Below are positions 1 through 16,180 of a stretch of DNA of 64,000 nt, in pieces. The stretch lies in assembly GCF_009914755.1 (NCBI RefSeq), contig NC_060940.1, one strand, 5' to 3'. The translations under genes were made by a program, and so were the position numbers. The notes under the pieces were generated by a model, which was given only the letters and a program-made list of their open reading frames with translations, made no database searches and had not been told where the DNA came from. This DNA comes from the human T2T-CHM13v2.0 reference genome, Homo sapiens. Every line of letters begins with the position of its first letter. Position 1 is the first letter of the stretch.

Positions 1-261
1 CAGAGCCTGGTCAGCGAGAGGATGTGTCCTCAGCAAGAGGCCATGCACTAGCGCCCCCTCCCACGGCCAGAGCAGGCCCAGGCCCACTGCCCTCTTGGCA
101 GAGACCCCAGGCCCGGGATGCCCACATGACTTTGTGTGGGTGTCTCAAGGCACTTCTGTGCAGGCTCCTGGCCAAAGAAGTAAACAGGGAGGAATCCCTA
201 CCTAGGCCCCTGGAGTGTAGCTACGGCTGACCGCAATGGGCGCCATTAAAAAAAATTCTTC

Positions 262-620
<359 letters not shown>

Positions 621-2479
621 TCAGCCTCCTCACAAGGTCAATGTGTTCATCCTCCTGCAGTCAGGCCAGCCCAGTGCAGTTCTGGTGTGGGGACACTCAT
701 GCCCTAACACACTCCATAGGAGGCCCCTGCCTTCCTCGCCTGCTGAGAAAAGCTGAGACTGGCCTGGAGCTGACCACTCCACATCAGAGCCTGCTCATGG
801 CGATCCTAACACAGTCACAATAATCCCTGTCATCATTAGGGTCAGGATGGTGACTGCTGGTCCCCGCACCCGAGGACGCCAGGTCCTCCATGAGCCCTGC
901 CCTTGCACCCTCGTCACCCCGAAACCTAGGGGGACACAATCACGAGGTGCACTCCTGTCAGCCCCCCTTTCTAGCAGAGGGAAGTGAGGCTCAGAGCGGA
1001 CATCCCAGGTCCACAGCCGGTGAGAGGCCACCCCGCCCGCCCTCTGTGGCCGCCGGGCTGGCCGGGCCCTCACCTCGCCCTCGGCCCTGCTGTTCTCCCG
1101 GATCGCTCTGATCCCCCCAGCATGTCATCCCGGTCCTCAGCCTGAAAGAGATATTCACAGAAGTCAGCGGTGGTCAGCCGGAACACGTGCCTCCTCTTGG
1201 TCTCGCTGTAGATGTCCACGAGGCAGGAGCCGACGCAGACGGGCGCCGCCTTGTCCTCACCTGCGCCGGCCCCCACAGCCCCCGCCGCCGCCGGCCCGGG
1301 CTACCGCCGCTCCTTGCTCAGCGAGAGCGAGCGCGCCAGCAGCGCGGCGTACACCCGCTTCCACTGGCGCAGGCCGCTGCCCGCTTTCTGCAGGGAGACA
1401 CGGGGTTGGGGGAAACAGGAGTGGTGAGAGGTCAGTTCTGCCCACTGCTCTCACAGTAGCAGACAGAGGACAGCCGGGGGATGGACCCCACGCTGCCTAC
1501 CAGGAGCCCCCTGCTCCACCCGGCTAGACCTGGGCAGCCTCCTGCCCACAGCCCACCAATGCTTTCTCAGTCCCTCGCCTGCCTAGACACCCCTACCCAT
1601 CACCCTAAAGCCCGCCAGCAGACCCCAACCCTCTCCCCCTCTAAACACCAACATCAACACTCACCGAGCGGTGGCAATGCTCAGACACCCAGCATGGCCC
1701 TCCGTACATGAAATCCTCGGGAAGCCATTCCCAGCCCACGCCCCTCCCCAGGCTGCCCCTCACCCCAGCAAACCTGCTCAGAAGCTGTCCGCACTCTTAG
1801 AGGGTCGTTCTCCCCACTTTCCTGCCGCCCACCCAAGACTCCACTTGCCCAGAAGCTCCTCTCAGGGACACCCAGAACCGCCATGTGGCCAAAGCCAATG
1901 GCTGCTTCTCCCCAACTTACTTGCCTTAACCCCTTGGCGGCATCTGACACAGCCAGCCCCTCCTTCCCTCTCCAGACCCCATCTCGGCACCTGAGACCCC
2001 ACGTTCCCGGCTTTCTTCCTAATGCCACTGGCTCCTTCCTAGTCTTCTCTACTTCCCCTCCCCCACCCTCTACACCTGTAGTTAAACAGCCAGGAGACTC
2101 GTCACCACGGGACATTTGTGTGGAGGGAGCTGGAGGGTGTGCTATGGCATCTGAGGGATGCGGCTAAACATTGCGCAATGCACAGGACAGCCTCCCCCAA
2201 CAAGGAATTATCTGGCTCAAAATGTCAGCAGAGCAGAGGGTAACAGACCCCGCCCTAAAGGAGGCGGAGCTCCAGAACTTCGCCCTGACTCTCCCCTCCT
2301 CTCCTCTCCCTGCACACCTCCCTCAAGGATGTCACCTGTGCCATGCCTTTAAACCAGGTCCACCTGCTGATGGCCATTCCCGAGCCCAGCATCTCCCCCA
2401 GCCACAGCCCGGCACCCCCACCCTGCTCAGTGTCTTCATTTGCAGTTCCCATGGGCACTTTGCACAATACTTGCCAGGC

Positions 2480-3290
2480 CATGTGATTTCTTACCATCAA
2501 ACCTCTTCTCCACTCTCTACCCCCATCTTTTCCAGCTCAGTCAATCCATCCAGTTGTCCAGAAACCTGGGAGCTGCCCTTGACTCCTCCCTTTTCCTCGC
2601 CCTTGACATCCCATCCATCAGGAAGTCACAACTGTTCTGCCTCCAAAACATCCCCTGTCTCTGTCTTTCCTGCCAGAGGAAAGACATCTTTCCATGCCAT
2701 CAACGCCTCTTGCTTGGAGGATGCACAGACCTTCCCAGTCTCTACTCTTGCTCCTGCATCCATTCTCCAGCAGCAGCTGCAGCGATCATGTTAGAATGAA
2801 AAGGAGATCACATCTCTCCCATGCTCAGCATCCTCTCAAGAGATCCCATCGCCCTTAGAATCAAATCTAAAGTCTCCTGTGGTCTGTACCTGCCTTTCTC
2901 CAAATTCATCTTCACACCTTTCTCACTATGTCAAGCCAGGGGGCCCTTGCATGTGAGCGAGCCAAGCCTTTCTTTTCTCAGGGCCTCTCCGCTTGCTGTT
3001 CCTTCTGCCTAAGCCCCCCTCCCTCACTTCTATATGTGGCTGCTTCCTTCTTCCCCTTCAGATCTGAACTCCAGCATCACCAATGTCAACTCCTCAGCGA
3101 GGCTTTCTCTGGCCATATTTTTCCCTCAATGCAGCTCCCGCTTCTGATCAGCTTGATCCTTTCCAAGAACTTACTGCAGCCTCAGGCTGTCCTGGGGACA
3201 GGGAGCTTGTCCGTCCTCTCATTTCCATATCCCAGGGCCTACAGCAGCATGCAAGCGCTCATCAATATTTGCTGAATAAATGAATTAATG
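2480..3290 (+). mobile_element. Ancient LINE-2 3' fragment
   Basis: Pyrimidine-rich L2-like body ending in GCGCTCATCAATATTTGCTGAATAAATGAATTAATG (L2 3' terminus); boundaries approximate. Confidence 0.65.
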
Positions 3291-4756
3291 ATCCTTGGAG
3301 CACCCTGAGGGCAGGAGCTCCATCTCCCATCAGACCAAGAGCTCCTCTCTGCTGGCTGGTGGCTCCACATCCAGCACAGGCCTCAGCTCTCAGAACAAAC
3401 CAGACAAAGAGGTCCCGTGGCTGGCAGATGGGCACAGCCCACATCTGGCCTCCCATCATGTGGATCCTGAGCTGTGAGCCCTGCTCATCACAGAACTGCT
3501 GGAGGGGGACAGGGACATTCAGAGTAGGAGACAGCAGAGCCCTCCAGGGAGAATTTTAATGTGACAGTGAGGTGGTGACAAGGGCACCTCTCTGAGGCTA
3601 AACCAGCGGCATGACCTAGGACAAGTCAACCGCACTCCCAGGCCTCAGTGTCTCCGGCTGGTAAATGAGTGAGGGAGTTGGTCACCAAGGCTGCATGCAG
3701 CTCCCATGCTGGGGCTGAGGCTGAGGGGACAAGTCACTGTCCCTTTCCCTCCTCTGCCTGACAGTCCGTGTCTCTGAAAGAGGCTGGGGCTGGGAGGGAG
3801 CACAGAGAGGGTGCCCACGGCCTGGGTGGACCAAGGGCCTGAGGCTGACTTGAAGACTCTCCTCTAACGTCCAGGCCACAGCACCAAAGGAACAAGTGAC
3901 ATCGGGTTTTGGCCAGCAAGGGAGTGGAGGCCTGGTCCTCCAGAACTGGCCAGTGAGCAGGAAGGGGACAGCTCCTGTCCCTGAACTGGGCTCAGGGCCC
4001 CAAGGGGCTGAGGGTCAGGCTCCCCAGCAGGGGGAGCCAGCCACCCTCACAAGGACCCTTCATGTGGCTCACACGTTAGACTGGAAGGGCTGGCCCACTT
4101 GCGGCTCTCCTCGCACAGTGCACGTGGCTGGTCCCTCCTTGCCTCATGGCTCCCACCCCACGGGTCGCTGCCAACTTGCTGGCTCTTTTTGGTCTCTGTT
4201 GGCCTCCCCGGCCCCCCCACTTCTCTCAAGGCTCAGCCAGGTCTCTTGCCTTCTTCCTTCAAGCCCCTGCACAGAGGCATATGTAACTCGTGGGTGCTGA
4301 CAGACAAAGGCCGTCCCCAGGTGGGCCTCCCTCTAGTAATACGCCCTCAGAGCCTCTGTCCCCAGGACATCTCCACTGGGGTCTGTCCCAGGGCCCTCAG
4401 ACTCACATAGCCCAAGTGGAGCCACTTGGCTTCCTCTCCCCAAACCTGCTCCTCCAGTGTGCCATGGCCCAGGGAGGGTCCCACCACCCACCACCCTCCC
4501 TCAGCCCAAGCCAGGAATCCAGGAACCTTATCGCCTCCTCCTCCTTCCATACCTCCCAGCAGCTGGCAAGCCCTGGCCGTCCTTCCCATGGAATCTCTCT
4601 CTAAAGTGTCCGCTCCACCCAGCCCCACACCACTGCCTTGGGTCGGGGCCCCCACCCTCACTCACCTGGACAAGAGCAATGGGATTGGCTCCTCCTGTCA
4701 CAGACATAACCCCAGTCTCCTGCCAGCCCCAGCCCACATTTAAAACCCTGGACAGA

Positions 4757-5110
4757 GCCGGGCACGGTGGCTCACGCCTGTAATCCAAGCGCTTTGGGAG
4801 GCCAAGGCAGGCAGATCACTTGAGGTCAGGAGTTCGAGACCAGCCTGGCCAACATAGTGAAACCCAGTCTCTACTAAAACTACAAAAATTAGCTGGGTGT
4901 GGTAGCAGGCGCCTGTAGTCCTAGCTACCCAGGAGGCTGAGGCTCGAGAATTGCTTGAACCCAGGGGGCGGAGGTTGCAGTGAGCTGAGATCATACCACT
5001 GCACTCCAGCCTGGGCAACAGAGTGAAACTCCATCTCAAAAATAGATAAAATAAAATAAAATAAAATAAAATAAAATAAAATAAAATAAAATAAAATAAA
5101 ATAAAATAAT
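4757..5110 (+). mobile_element. Alu (AluSx/Sz-type) with (AAAAT)n microsatellite tail
   Basis: Full dimer; tail 5047-5108 is (ATAAA)n; TSD AAAACCCTGGACAG at 4742-4755 and 5111-5124. Confidence 0.97.
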
Positions 5111-5734
5111 AAAACCCTGGACAGGCTCTTTCTGGGTATGAAGGCCCCACACTCTGGGCAGGCACCCAATTACCCAGCTCATCTTCCACCTCTCGCCCTG
5201 GCTCCCAGCACACCTCTCCCCACCTTTCCCCAGGACCCTCTAAGGAGACATCCTCCCTGTCAGGCCCCTCCACTGTCTCCCAGTTTTGTGGCTTCTCATC
5301 CTTTCGTGTCTCAGCCTCTGGATACCTCCCTACCCACGCCCACCTGCCCCTGCACCCGGGCGTCACGGCAGTCTGTGCACTTGGAACCATGATGCCACAT
5401 GCGTTCTCTCTGCTCAACAGGAGCAACAGGAGCCCCAGGAGGGCAGGGCTGCCCTGGCTCCCTCACCACTAACTCCCCAGAACCTCCACAGAGGCTCCCG
5501 AGCAGGGAGGCCTTAGTCATTCTCCACGGAGGCGCATCAGTCCCGCCTCGACTTCACCCTCACTTAATCCACAGCAGCCCTTGGGGTAGGATAACATTGT
5601 TCCCATCGTACAGATCAGAAAGTGAGGCTCGGGGAAGGTAAGTGGGGTGCCCAAAGCCATGTGCTTGATATGTGGCTGGATAGGAACTCGAAGTCTGTCT
5701 GCTTCAAAGCTTATGTTCTTTCCAGGGACCCTCA

Positions 5735-6300
<566 letters not shown>

Positions 6301-7660
6301 GCCGGGAGGGAAGGCAGTGGTCTCTCCTCCCACTTCTCCAGCCCACAGCACAGCCTGGGGCCAGGATTTGCACCCCATGGATCCAGGGGCTCTGCCCTTC
6401 TCCTCTCAGAGTCCTGCTGGTTCCCTCCCAGGCCCTCCCCAAGTACTACCCGAAGCCCCCTTTGCCTCTCACCTGGATCTCCATGGTGGCTCTAACTGGT
6501 CTTCTTGCCTCCAGCGTGGCCCCTCCCTAACTCACTCCCAGGGAGCCAAATGAATATTTTAAAGCTGTAACTCCCTTGGCAAGAGCCCCCGAGAGCCTTT
6601 GGTTGCCCTTAGGATGAACACTAAGCCCTTTGCTGGCTTGCCTGCATCTTCTTGGGCCTTAACTCTCCTACGGAAATCACCCCGGCCTTGCTCCTTGTTT
6701 TCCATGAGCCCCAGCGGCCATCTTCAGGATGGCCTGTCAAGCCAGGGCCACTGTGGGATGGTTTTGCCAGAATTCCAAGCACGACTCGATCAGATCCATC
6801 CCACAGCAAAATCCACCTCTCTTGTTAACTTCTTTTACATAAGTTCTTTAAATCCCCCTGCCAGGAAGTTCTTCCTAGCATCTATCCTCCATCCTTCATG
6901 CAACAACCTACACTGGTTCTCTCTGGCTCCAGAGGCTGTCAGGGTAGGCCTAGGAGAGGCTGGAGGGTTCTGCTGGAGCCAGCTTCCACCTCATTCCTCC
7001 ACCCATCTTACCTTCCCCTTCTTGGTGAGAATCTGCTTATAATACAACCAGCCTTCTCTCCTGATATTGCTGAAGGTCGCATCTGAGAGGTCAGAGGTTG
7101 AGTGTCGCTTAGAAGGAGCGTCAGCATCTTCAGAGGTGCCCCAGCTATCCAAGGACTGCAGGGAGACAACAGAGGACAATTTAGGGTGGCTCCCACAATG
7201 CCAGCATCTCAGGAACCCCATGGACCACTTGTGGCTGCACAGTCCTGATATATATCTGTGCTACACCCCGATGTGCCATGCGACCTCATGGGCATTGCTT
7301 GTCCTCTCTGGACCACTTGTGTTGAGGTCATGAGACCTACATAAAGGAGAAGCCAGAAAGGAGGAAAGGCTATGACCTGTCAGCAGACCACACGCCTCAC
7401 CACGCTAGAGGAGCCAATTCGGAGCCTCCCGTAACTATATAGACTTAGAAGAATTAAGAAAATGGAGGAAGTGATCGTGTCAACGAGGAGTTAAATAAAC
7501 AGGGGAAGTGGGAACATCAACAAAGGCTGAGGGAGTGGAGCAGGTAGTCATGTCCACGAGGCGTTAAACAGAGGAAGTGACAGTGTCAACAGGACTCCAG
7601 CCAGAGGGCGCAAGTCAAGGGAGAGTTAAGTAAGCAGAAGAAGTGATAAGAAATAAGCTA

Positions 7661-8478
<818 letters not shown>

Positions 8479-10084
8479 CTATCACAGGCCTGATCCTGCC
8501 TCCCCAGGTCCTGAGGCTGGGAACTCCACCTGTCCACCAATCTCAACCCTGTGTCCAGGCCACACCTTTCCAGTGTCCACCCCGACCCCATCCCATGAAG
8601 ACAAGATGCGATGCAAATACTGACTCAGGGTAGTGAAGGAAACATATGAAGCCCCAAATATAAGCTCGGGGAGCTTCTATTCTAGCTGGGGAGCCAGGCA
8701 GGGAGGAAGGGAAACACCAATTGTGCATGAGGCGTGCTGAGGAGGAAAACAGAGTAGCGAAGGGAGGCATGAAATGTCAGGAGTGGAGGCTGGAATTTCA
8801 GGGAAGACCTAAAAAGCTGCGAAGACAGTGGAGAAGTGAGTTGTGTGGCTATGGGGGATGAGTCTGGAAAGAGGCAGTCCAGACGGGGGCCCCTGGGTGG
8901 GGCTGCATGGTGTCATTCAGGGATGTCGGGGCCCACAGCAGAGGGCCGGTCCCGCGGTGGACACAAGGGTGAGGGGTGCAGGGAGGAGGGGGAAGGCAGG
9001 AGCTGGAGCAGGAACCCCCATGCCGAGGCTGTGGCCCCACCTCCCTGACACCCTCTCTCTCCACACCCTCACTCCTGCGCACACACACAGACCTGCAACT
9101 CACCCCGTCTGTGAAGAAGCTCCGGAGCAACAGCAGGCTGGGTATGCGGTTTGGCAGGTGCCTGGGAAGCAAGGGTGGAGGGTGAGGGATGTGGGCAGCA
9201 AAGCTGGGACCTCACTATCTCGTCACCCACCAAACCCCAAGCCCAGAAGCCTTCCAGCGGGGGAGGCACACTGTCCCATGCATAGAGGACCCCCAAGGCC
9301 AAAAGCCCTGCCCCAGAGCAGCTGGCCAGGGTGGCTGTGGCCACCCCACCCCATGTCCAGACAGGGCCTCACCGCAGAACCTGACCCTCGTCACGGAAGG
9401 TGTTGAGTCCATCATCGCAGGACTTGGAGCGCTCCGTGCTGATGGCCAGCAGGTAGGAGGAGCGGCGGCCAGCCTTGATGCTGCCTGCAAAGCCGCCTGC
9501 ATCGGGCCTCAGGGTCAGCGGGGCAGCAGGTCAGGGGCTTCCCAGAGCCCTCCCTTCTAGGCAGGGGAGGTGACTCTCCCAAGGTGCCCCAGGAGAAGCA
9601 GAAACCAGAGGAAGAGGCCAGACATCCAGCAGCAGACCCAACAGAGACCCCTGGGACTGGGCAGTGAGGGAAAGGGTGGGGCTGTGGGTGTGGGGAGCGC
9701 TCACTGCAGTCCCGCGAGTAATGCCGTCCGAGGGTGAAGGTGAAGGTCGGGGAAGATGGGCTGGTGCCCAGGACAGCGGCTGAGTTCATGGCACTGGAGA
9801 CCACAGCAAAGGCAGGGACATGCTTGGCTTGGAGGTCAGTGCTGGGGCTGGTGGGCTCATCTATGCATGTGGAAGGAGAAAGGTGTGAAGGCGGCAGACA
9901 GCGGAACCTGCTTGCCTCCACCCTAGCCTTGCCAGCCCCCGTGCCACTCACCTCCAGGCTCAGACACATCCCAAAGGGTCCTGCTGGCAACATGCCCACT
10001 GTCAAGCGTGACTGGCCCACTGTCCAGACTGTGGCCATGGAATCCTTACCCTCAGGAGTGGGGCTGAGACACCCTCCTTAGACC

Positions 10085-10345
10085 GGACTCCTGAGGACAG
10101 AGCCAATATTCCCCCATCAGACTTGGAGCCTCTTGAGGGCAGGGACGGTGTCTCCCCCATCAGACTGAGGGCACTCAGAGAGAATGAATTATGTCTCCCC
10201 TCTCAGACCAAGAGCCTCCTGAGGGCAGGGACAGCGTCTTCCCCATCAGACTGAGAGCTTCCTAAGGGCAAAAGCTCCCCCATCAGCTGGGGCTCCTCAA
10301 GGGCAGAGATGACATCTCCCCCTCAAACAGAGTGTGCTCTGGAAG
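10085..10345 (+). repeat. Imperfect ~40-bp tandem repeat (about 6 units) resembling the L2 3'-end motif
   Basis: Recurrent CCCCATCAGACT..GAG..CTCCTGAGGGCAGGGAC units. Confidence 0.75.
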
Positions 10346-11213
10346 AAGAGACTGCCTCTCCCGGCCACAGCCTAGAGCCTTTCATCAGGGCTCAGTGGTG
10401 TGGATGGGGCCCTTGAGACAATCCAGTGAGATCTGGAAGTGAAGAAAAAGATTATAATCTGGGATAAATATAAAAAATTACAATAAAAAATTTATTGCAA
10501 ATTTACAAATTATGGTTGTTTATATGTACATGGTAAAGGGCAATGTTATGGTTTGTGAATACAATATGAAATAACTAAGATAATTAAGAAATAACTGATA
10601 TAATTATCATTCATTGTTTCAAATTTTTATCTTTTATTGTGACAACATTTAACATTTACTCTTAGCTCTTTAAAATGACCAATGTACTATTTTAAATGAA
10701 CCAATAGAAACCAATTTATGTAAACAATTGAAAATCTGGGAAATCAATTATGAATTACTGTAATAATTTAATAATTAAAAGTTAATAATGTAGTTAATTA
10801 AGTTTGATTTTTTTCAAACTTTTTTTATCATTTCATTGTAATGTTTAATACAAATGCCTACATATATACGCATTGGTCTGTGTATTTATACATCTTTCTA
10901 TGGGTATAAATTTTTGTCCCTATAGCTATGTAGTTGCTGATGTCAACAAATGTTAATAAAACTCTGGAAGAATCAGTGCAAACAATTAGGAATGTTTATT
11001 TCTTGAAAGTATATACTTAAAAATATAATAATATGTAGAATGTTAATAATTACTAAAATTTAAATATTAATGATAAAATTCATAATAAATATAAGTAACA
11101 AAATATCACAGCCTAGAAGACTCCAGAGTCCTGCGAAGATAAACGTGACTTTTCCAGCTGAGGAGAAAGGAAACCTCTCCCGGCACCAGCTCCTGGGACC
11201 TGTCCCGTCCTCA

Positions 11214-11761
<548 letters not shown>

Positions 11762-11887
11762 GGTGATTCCTGTCTGTTCAGTCCTGATCACTGAATGAAA
11801 ATACTTGGGAATCCCAAGGCTGGGGCTCCTCTCCCAGAGCTGCAGGGTCAGGACTGGGCTGGTTTTCATCAGGAGAGGGAGGGCCCT

Positions 11888-11895
11888 ATTTGTAT
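11888..11895 (-). promoter_or_regulatory. Mutated VH promoter octamer (ATACAAAT)
   Basis: Sits ~130 bp upstream of the ATG, in the same context as the intact ATGCAAAT at 23519-23526. Confidence 0.8.
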
Positions 11896-14800
11896 GTCAC
11901 CTACTATATAGCAAGCTCTGGGGTGGGACGCCTGAGCAGAGGGCAGTGCCCAGATAAGGTAATGATGCCCTGCAAGAATCTGATGACAATGATGGTGTTT
12001 GGAAAACTTGCTGTCTTATTAGGAAATTGTGCTGTGATAAACACTTTGCACTAATCACTCTCTTACATTTTTACATATTTGTGTAAATCATATTTTTAGG
12101 GGTCAATGGTTTCTCTATTTACAGATGGCGAAGTAAACCCATACGTGGAGGGGCTTTGTATGTATCTAAGAGCTCATACCTGAGGTTAGTGAGCCCCAGT
12201 ATCTGGGCCTGTGCTCCTCATCCACTGGCCCTATATTACTCCCTAACCCAACTCCAGGACAGAGCTGGGCATGCCTAGTGTGGCTTGTGAAACCCACTTT
12301 CTGTATTGAGAACATGTGTAATTTTGCTGCATTCTAGCATTCACCTAAAAATATGGTGAGAACTAGGGTTCACGAAGATAAATTATTAGGTGTTTCTGAA
12401 ATTTAGTATTTTTTCTATCTTTATATCACTTACTTCTTGTGCAAGTTTTCATTTGTTTGCTGGTAATAAATTTTATAAATTTCAGTTTACTGATAATAAA
12501 CTTCACATATTTAAAGTGTACAATTGATAAACCTGATGTAACCATCCTAGTTATCAAGGTGAACCAGAAAATTCTCAAAATTTCCCTCTCATTCTTCCAT
12601 ATTCCTCCTCCTTTCCTCTTCCCTTCTTCTACCATTTCCCCAAATGGTAAATTCTGATCTTCTTTATATTGCTGTAGATTGAATTTAATTTATCAGAATT
12701 TATTAAAATGGAATAACATAGTACATATTCTTGTTTGCTTTATTTTCCTGAACATCAATACTTAGATATTTTACCTTGTTGTTATATTGCTTAAGTTCAG
12801 TTTTTATTTTCCAGAATTTATATAAATGAAATTATATGGTAAATCTTCTCATTTGCCTGGTTTATTTTACTCAGCAAAAATACTTAGATATTTTACCTTC
12901 TTGTTGCATGTATCAGACAATTATTTATTATAAATGTTGTGTAGTATTCCATTGAACAAATTTACCATAATTTGATTTTCTGTTAAGCAGCTTAACAATG
13001 TTCAAATTATTTTATTACTCTGGTAGTACTAAAAATCTACTACTCAACTTGAAAATGTACATAAATGAGGAATATATTTTCTTTTTTTCTTACAACTACA
13101 TCAACAATAACAGATAAACAGTCAAGATGAAATTTTGCAAATTTCTGAATGCTTAGGATAACTGAAGTTAAAAAAAAATCTTAAATTTAACAAGAAGCAA
13201 GTTCTTGTAGAGAGTAACAAAGCCAGCATATGAGATTACCTAAGGCAGAGTCTGGCGTATGAAATATAGGCTGTTAAAGATAAAAATACAAATATATATG
13301 GGATTGCTTGAAATTGAATATGGTTAGCTTGTTGTAGTTTGAAATTCTAAGGGACCACATACTGAAGAGCTTTTCTATCCTCTTGAATCCCTTTCCCCAA
13401 AAAAGGGGCAGTCACAAAATCTTCCTTTCCCAAAGTGTCTGTCTGGGAGAGAACAAGAGCCCCCATTTTTGAAAGGCATTCAGACTCGACTCCCTTATAT
13501 CCACTACAGAACTAAAAATTACTTTGCAGGGGAACCACCAAAACCAGTACCCTAGGGGCACTGGTGCAACTCCTCAGGAATTGAGATGGGAACAGAGGTC
13601 ACTGCCACGAAGTTCTGTTGAGACACAACTCTCTTCCTTATGGAATCAGAGCTTTAGTCTGCAGGGCAGGGCAGCAGATCTGGGAGGTGATGACACTGAT
13701 GGGGAACACTGGAGCTGTGGGAGGGAACACCTGGGGGAAACAGGGGGGCTGTACCCCAGTGGAAGGGACAAGAACACACAGATGAGCATCTCATCTGGAG
13801 GAGGGTCAGGAACACTCAGAAGGTCACACCCAGACTTACGGGCACAATGCCTTTCTAGGAATATGGACCGAGATGAGGTCAGAGACTCTTCCTTCAGTGT
13901 AAGGGCTTCCACTAATTTATCAATTGTCAGTTACATATAACAGAGGAATGCACCTGTGGGAGCTGAAAGAGATTCTCTGGAGGATGGAACAAGGAGAAGA
14001 GACACAGTCACGCAGCAAAGAAGAACAAGATATCACTGGAGCATCTGTAGTCTCTGGTGGACATAGAAGAACAGACTTCAATTAGTTGTTGAAACCTTTA
14101 TATCAGTCTTTACTAATTTATATGCTAAAATAGTTGGCCTCATCAGTGGAGTCTTATTATCCCCATCAGGGATGAGTGTCCATGTGGGCACGTGGTGCAG
14201 TTCTAGTCATGGGGGCAGGGGAGGTGGTCTGTTCAGGTGTTCCTGGTCCTTCAGAGGAGAATTGAAGAACTGTCTCTGCCCCTTTTCCAGCCAATATATA
14301 AAATATGTATGTGACCATGGGAATATTGTCACCATGTAACTGCATGATGGGAGTCACCCGAGGGGTGAAGCTGACTTTCTGGATGCATCAGTGTGGAAAA
14401 TTGAGAAAAGAAACTTCTTGGGCACATGAGCTGTCAAATTATTCAATCCTGGAGCCATTCACTTCCAGAGGCTTCCTGTTTCATCAGGTTGTGATTTTCC
14501 TCATTGTGTAGTCAGCCTAGGTTGTCTTTCTTCACTCTCTGCTAAAATAGTCACACATAATATCTAGAAGCATTAAGATTAATAAGTAACTAATTTGAAA
14601 ATTAGAACAAGTCCCAAGTGAAGTCAAAGTTACTGTGTGGTTGAGAGGAAACATGGCTGGATACTAAGAGTGTGTTCACATCTGTTTTATGTAGATTAGC
14701 AACATATTTTGTATATCCCTTAAGTAATACTTTCATTGAGACTCCTGATTTAACACTATTTCCTGATGAATAACACCTAAATCATAAAGGTGGAGGTTAT

Positions 14801-16180
14801 TACCTAATAATTCATATTACTGGTACAAACTTTCACCTAGGGTATATTCCTATACCTGATGTAAAATCAGCCCAGAATGGAGAAGTTAATTCTCTTACTA
14901 GAGCTTGTCAATTAACTAAAAACCAGGATTAAATACAGATGTTCTACATTAGTGTGTAATTTTGAAATGTGTTGCAAGCAGAGGAGGTTCTTATGTCTCC
15001 TAGAAGCCCCATCAAAATGGACAAAAAAGACACTTTTAAATAAATTCCTACATTATAGAGACCTGACATATGAATTTGAAACCAAATGCCAACAAAGGAG
15101 AAAACAAACAAATAAAACAACTAGTATGGAAGCTAGAATAATGTGATGCACCATTACACCAAATATTCAGTCTTAACATGGTTTTTAATATTATGTAAAC
15201 ATGGAAGGTATTGCCATTGTTCATATGATACAGAATCAATGGCACTCACAAGCATCTGAATATGTTGAAAAATGGCACCTTCAAATAAAAATTATGAAAA
15301 CTTCAATAAAATATTGAACTCTATTCACCAAGGGTTATACCATTAGCACTATGGCATGATGGTTTCCTCCCTCAGCACACATCAGTTATTACCCTATGAC
15401 TTGGTAGCTGGAAGATTCACACTTTCGAGATTTTACCCTCATCACATACCTTTGTCCTATTGCCTGCATGTGTTAACAAAATATTGAAAATGATTTTTGT
15501 GTTATACACACTCCAATGACTAAAAATTTAAAGTTGCCTTTTTACCACATCTTTTAACAGCATTTTGTGATATCCGACCATGAAGTTATGTCTATTGTGT
15601 GTCTTTTATCACACAATGTGAATCTAGTTAGGAATCGCAGGAGCTTCCTCATTTGACACCAGTGGGTGTTTCACACTGTGCAATCCCCTTCCTGTGAGTG
15701 GGAAGCCTCACTCTGACCCACCACGAAACCATCACAAAAGCCCTGAGCCAGTCTGCTTTCTGGCTCTATCGAGCCATTTTGGGTGTTCCTTAGAGACCAG
15801 CACTAATCTCAACAGACCCCTCAAGAGGTAATTAACTTTTCCATATTCACATCGAGGGAGTATGCAGCACCCACAGATGTGACATCCACATGACATTTTA
15901 GTTGAGATCCCTTCGCCTTTTTGAGGTGTCAACTAGAACTGACGCTGTGAGCTTGTTGTCATGGCTGCTAAACACAGGACCCACCTGTTCCCTGAACCAA
16001 CTCCAGGACAGAGCTGGACATGCCTGGTGTGGTTTGATAAACCCCCATTTTTAATAAAATCATGACATTATTTTGCTGTATTCTAGTGTTTCCCTAAAAA
16101 TACAGGTAGACCCAGCGTGTATTCATGTGTATATTCAGGAGTCACTGATTTCTCATAGATATTTAATGGAATATGTAATC

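Noticed and set aside
4740-5426. 228-aa ORF with (FILFY)n hydrophobic run
   Set aside because: Antisense translation of an Alu and its (AAAAT)n tail
9412-10038. 208-aa ORF and a GAG|GTGAGT donor near 9951 as a possible novel first exon of the ARHGAP23 fragment
   Set aside because: The ORF is an exon plus intron read-through; the donor is phase 0 in the ATG frame while the next exon is phase 1
13200-15900. Possible additional V relic or gene between the V3-15-like gene and the L1
   Set aside because: No leader, YYC motif or RSS found; looks like diverged old repeat or intergenic DNA that I cannot classify
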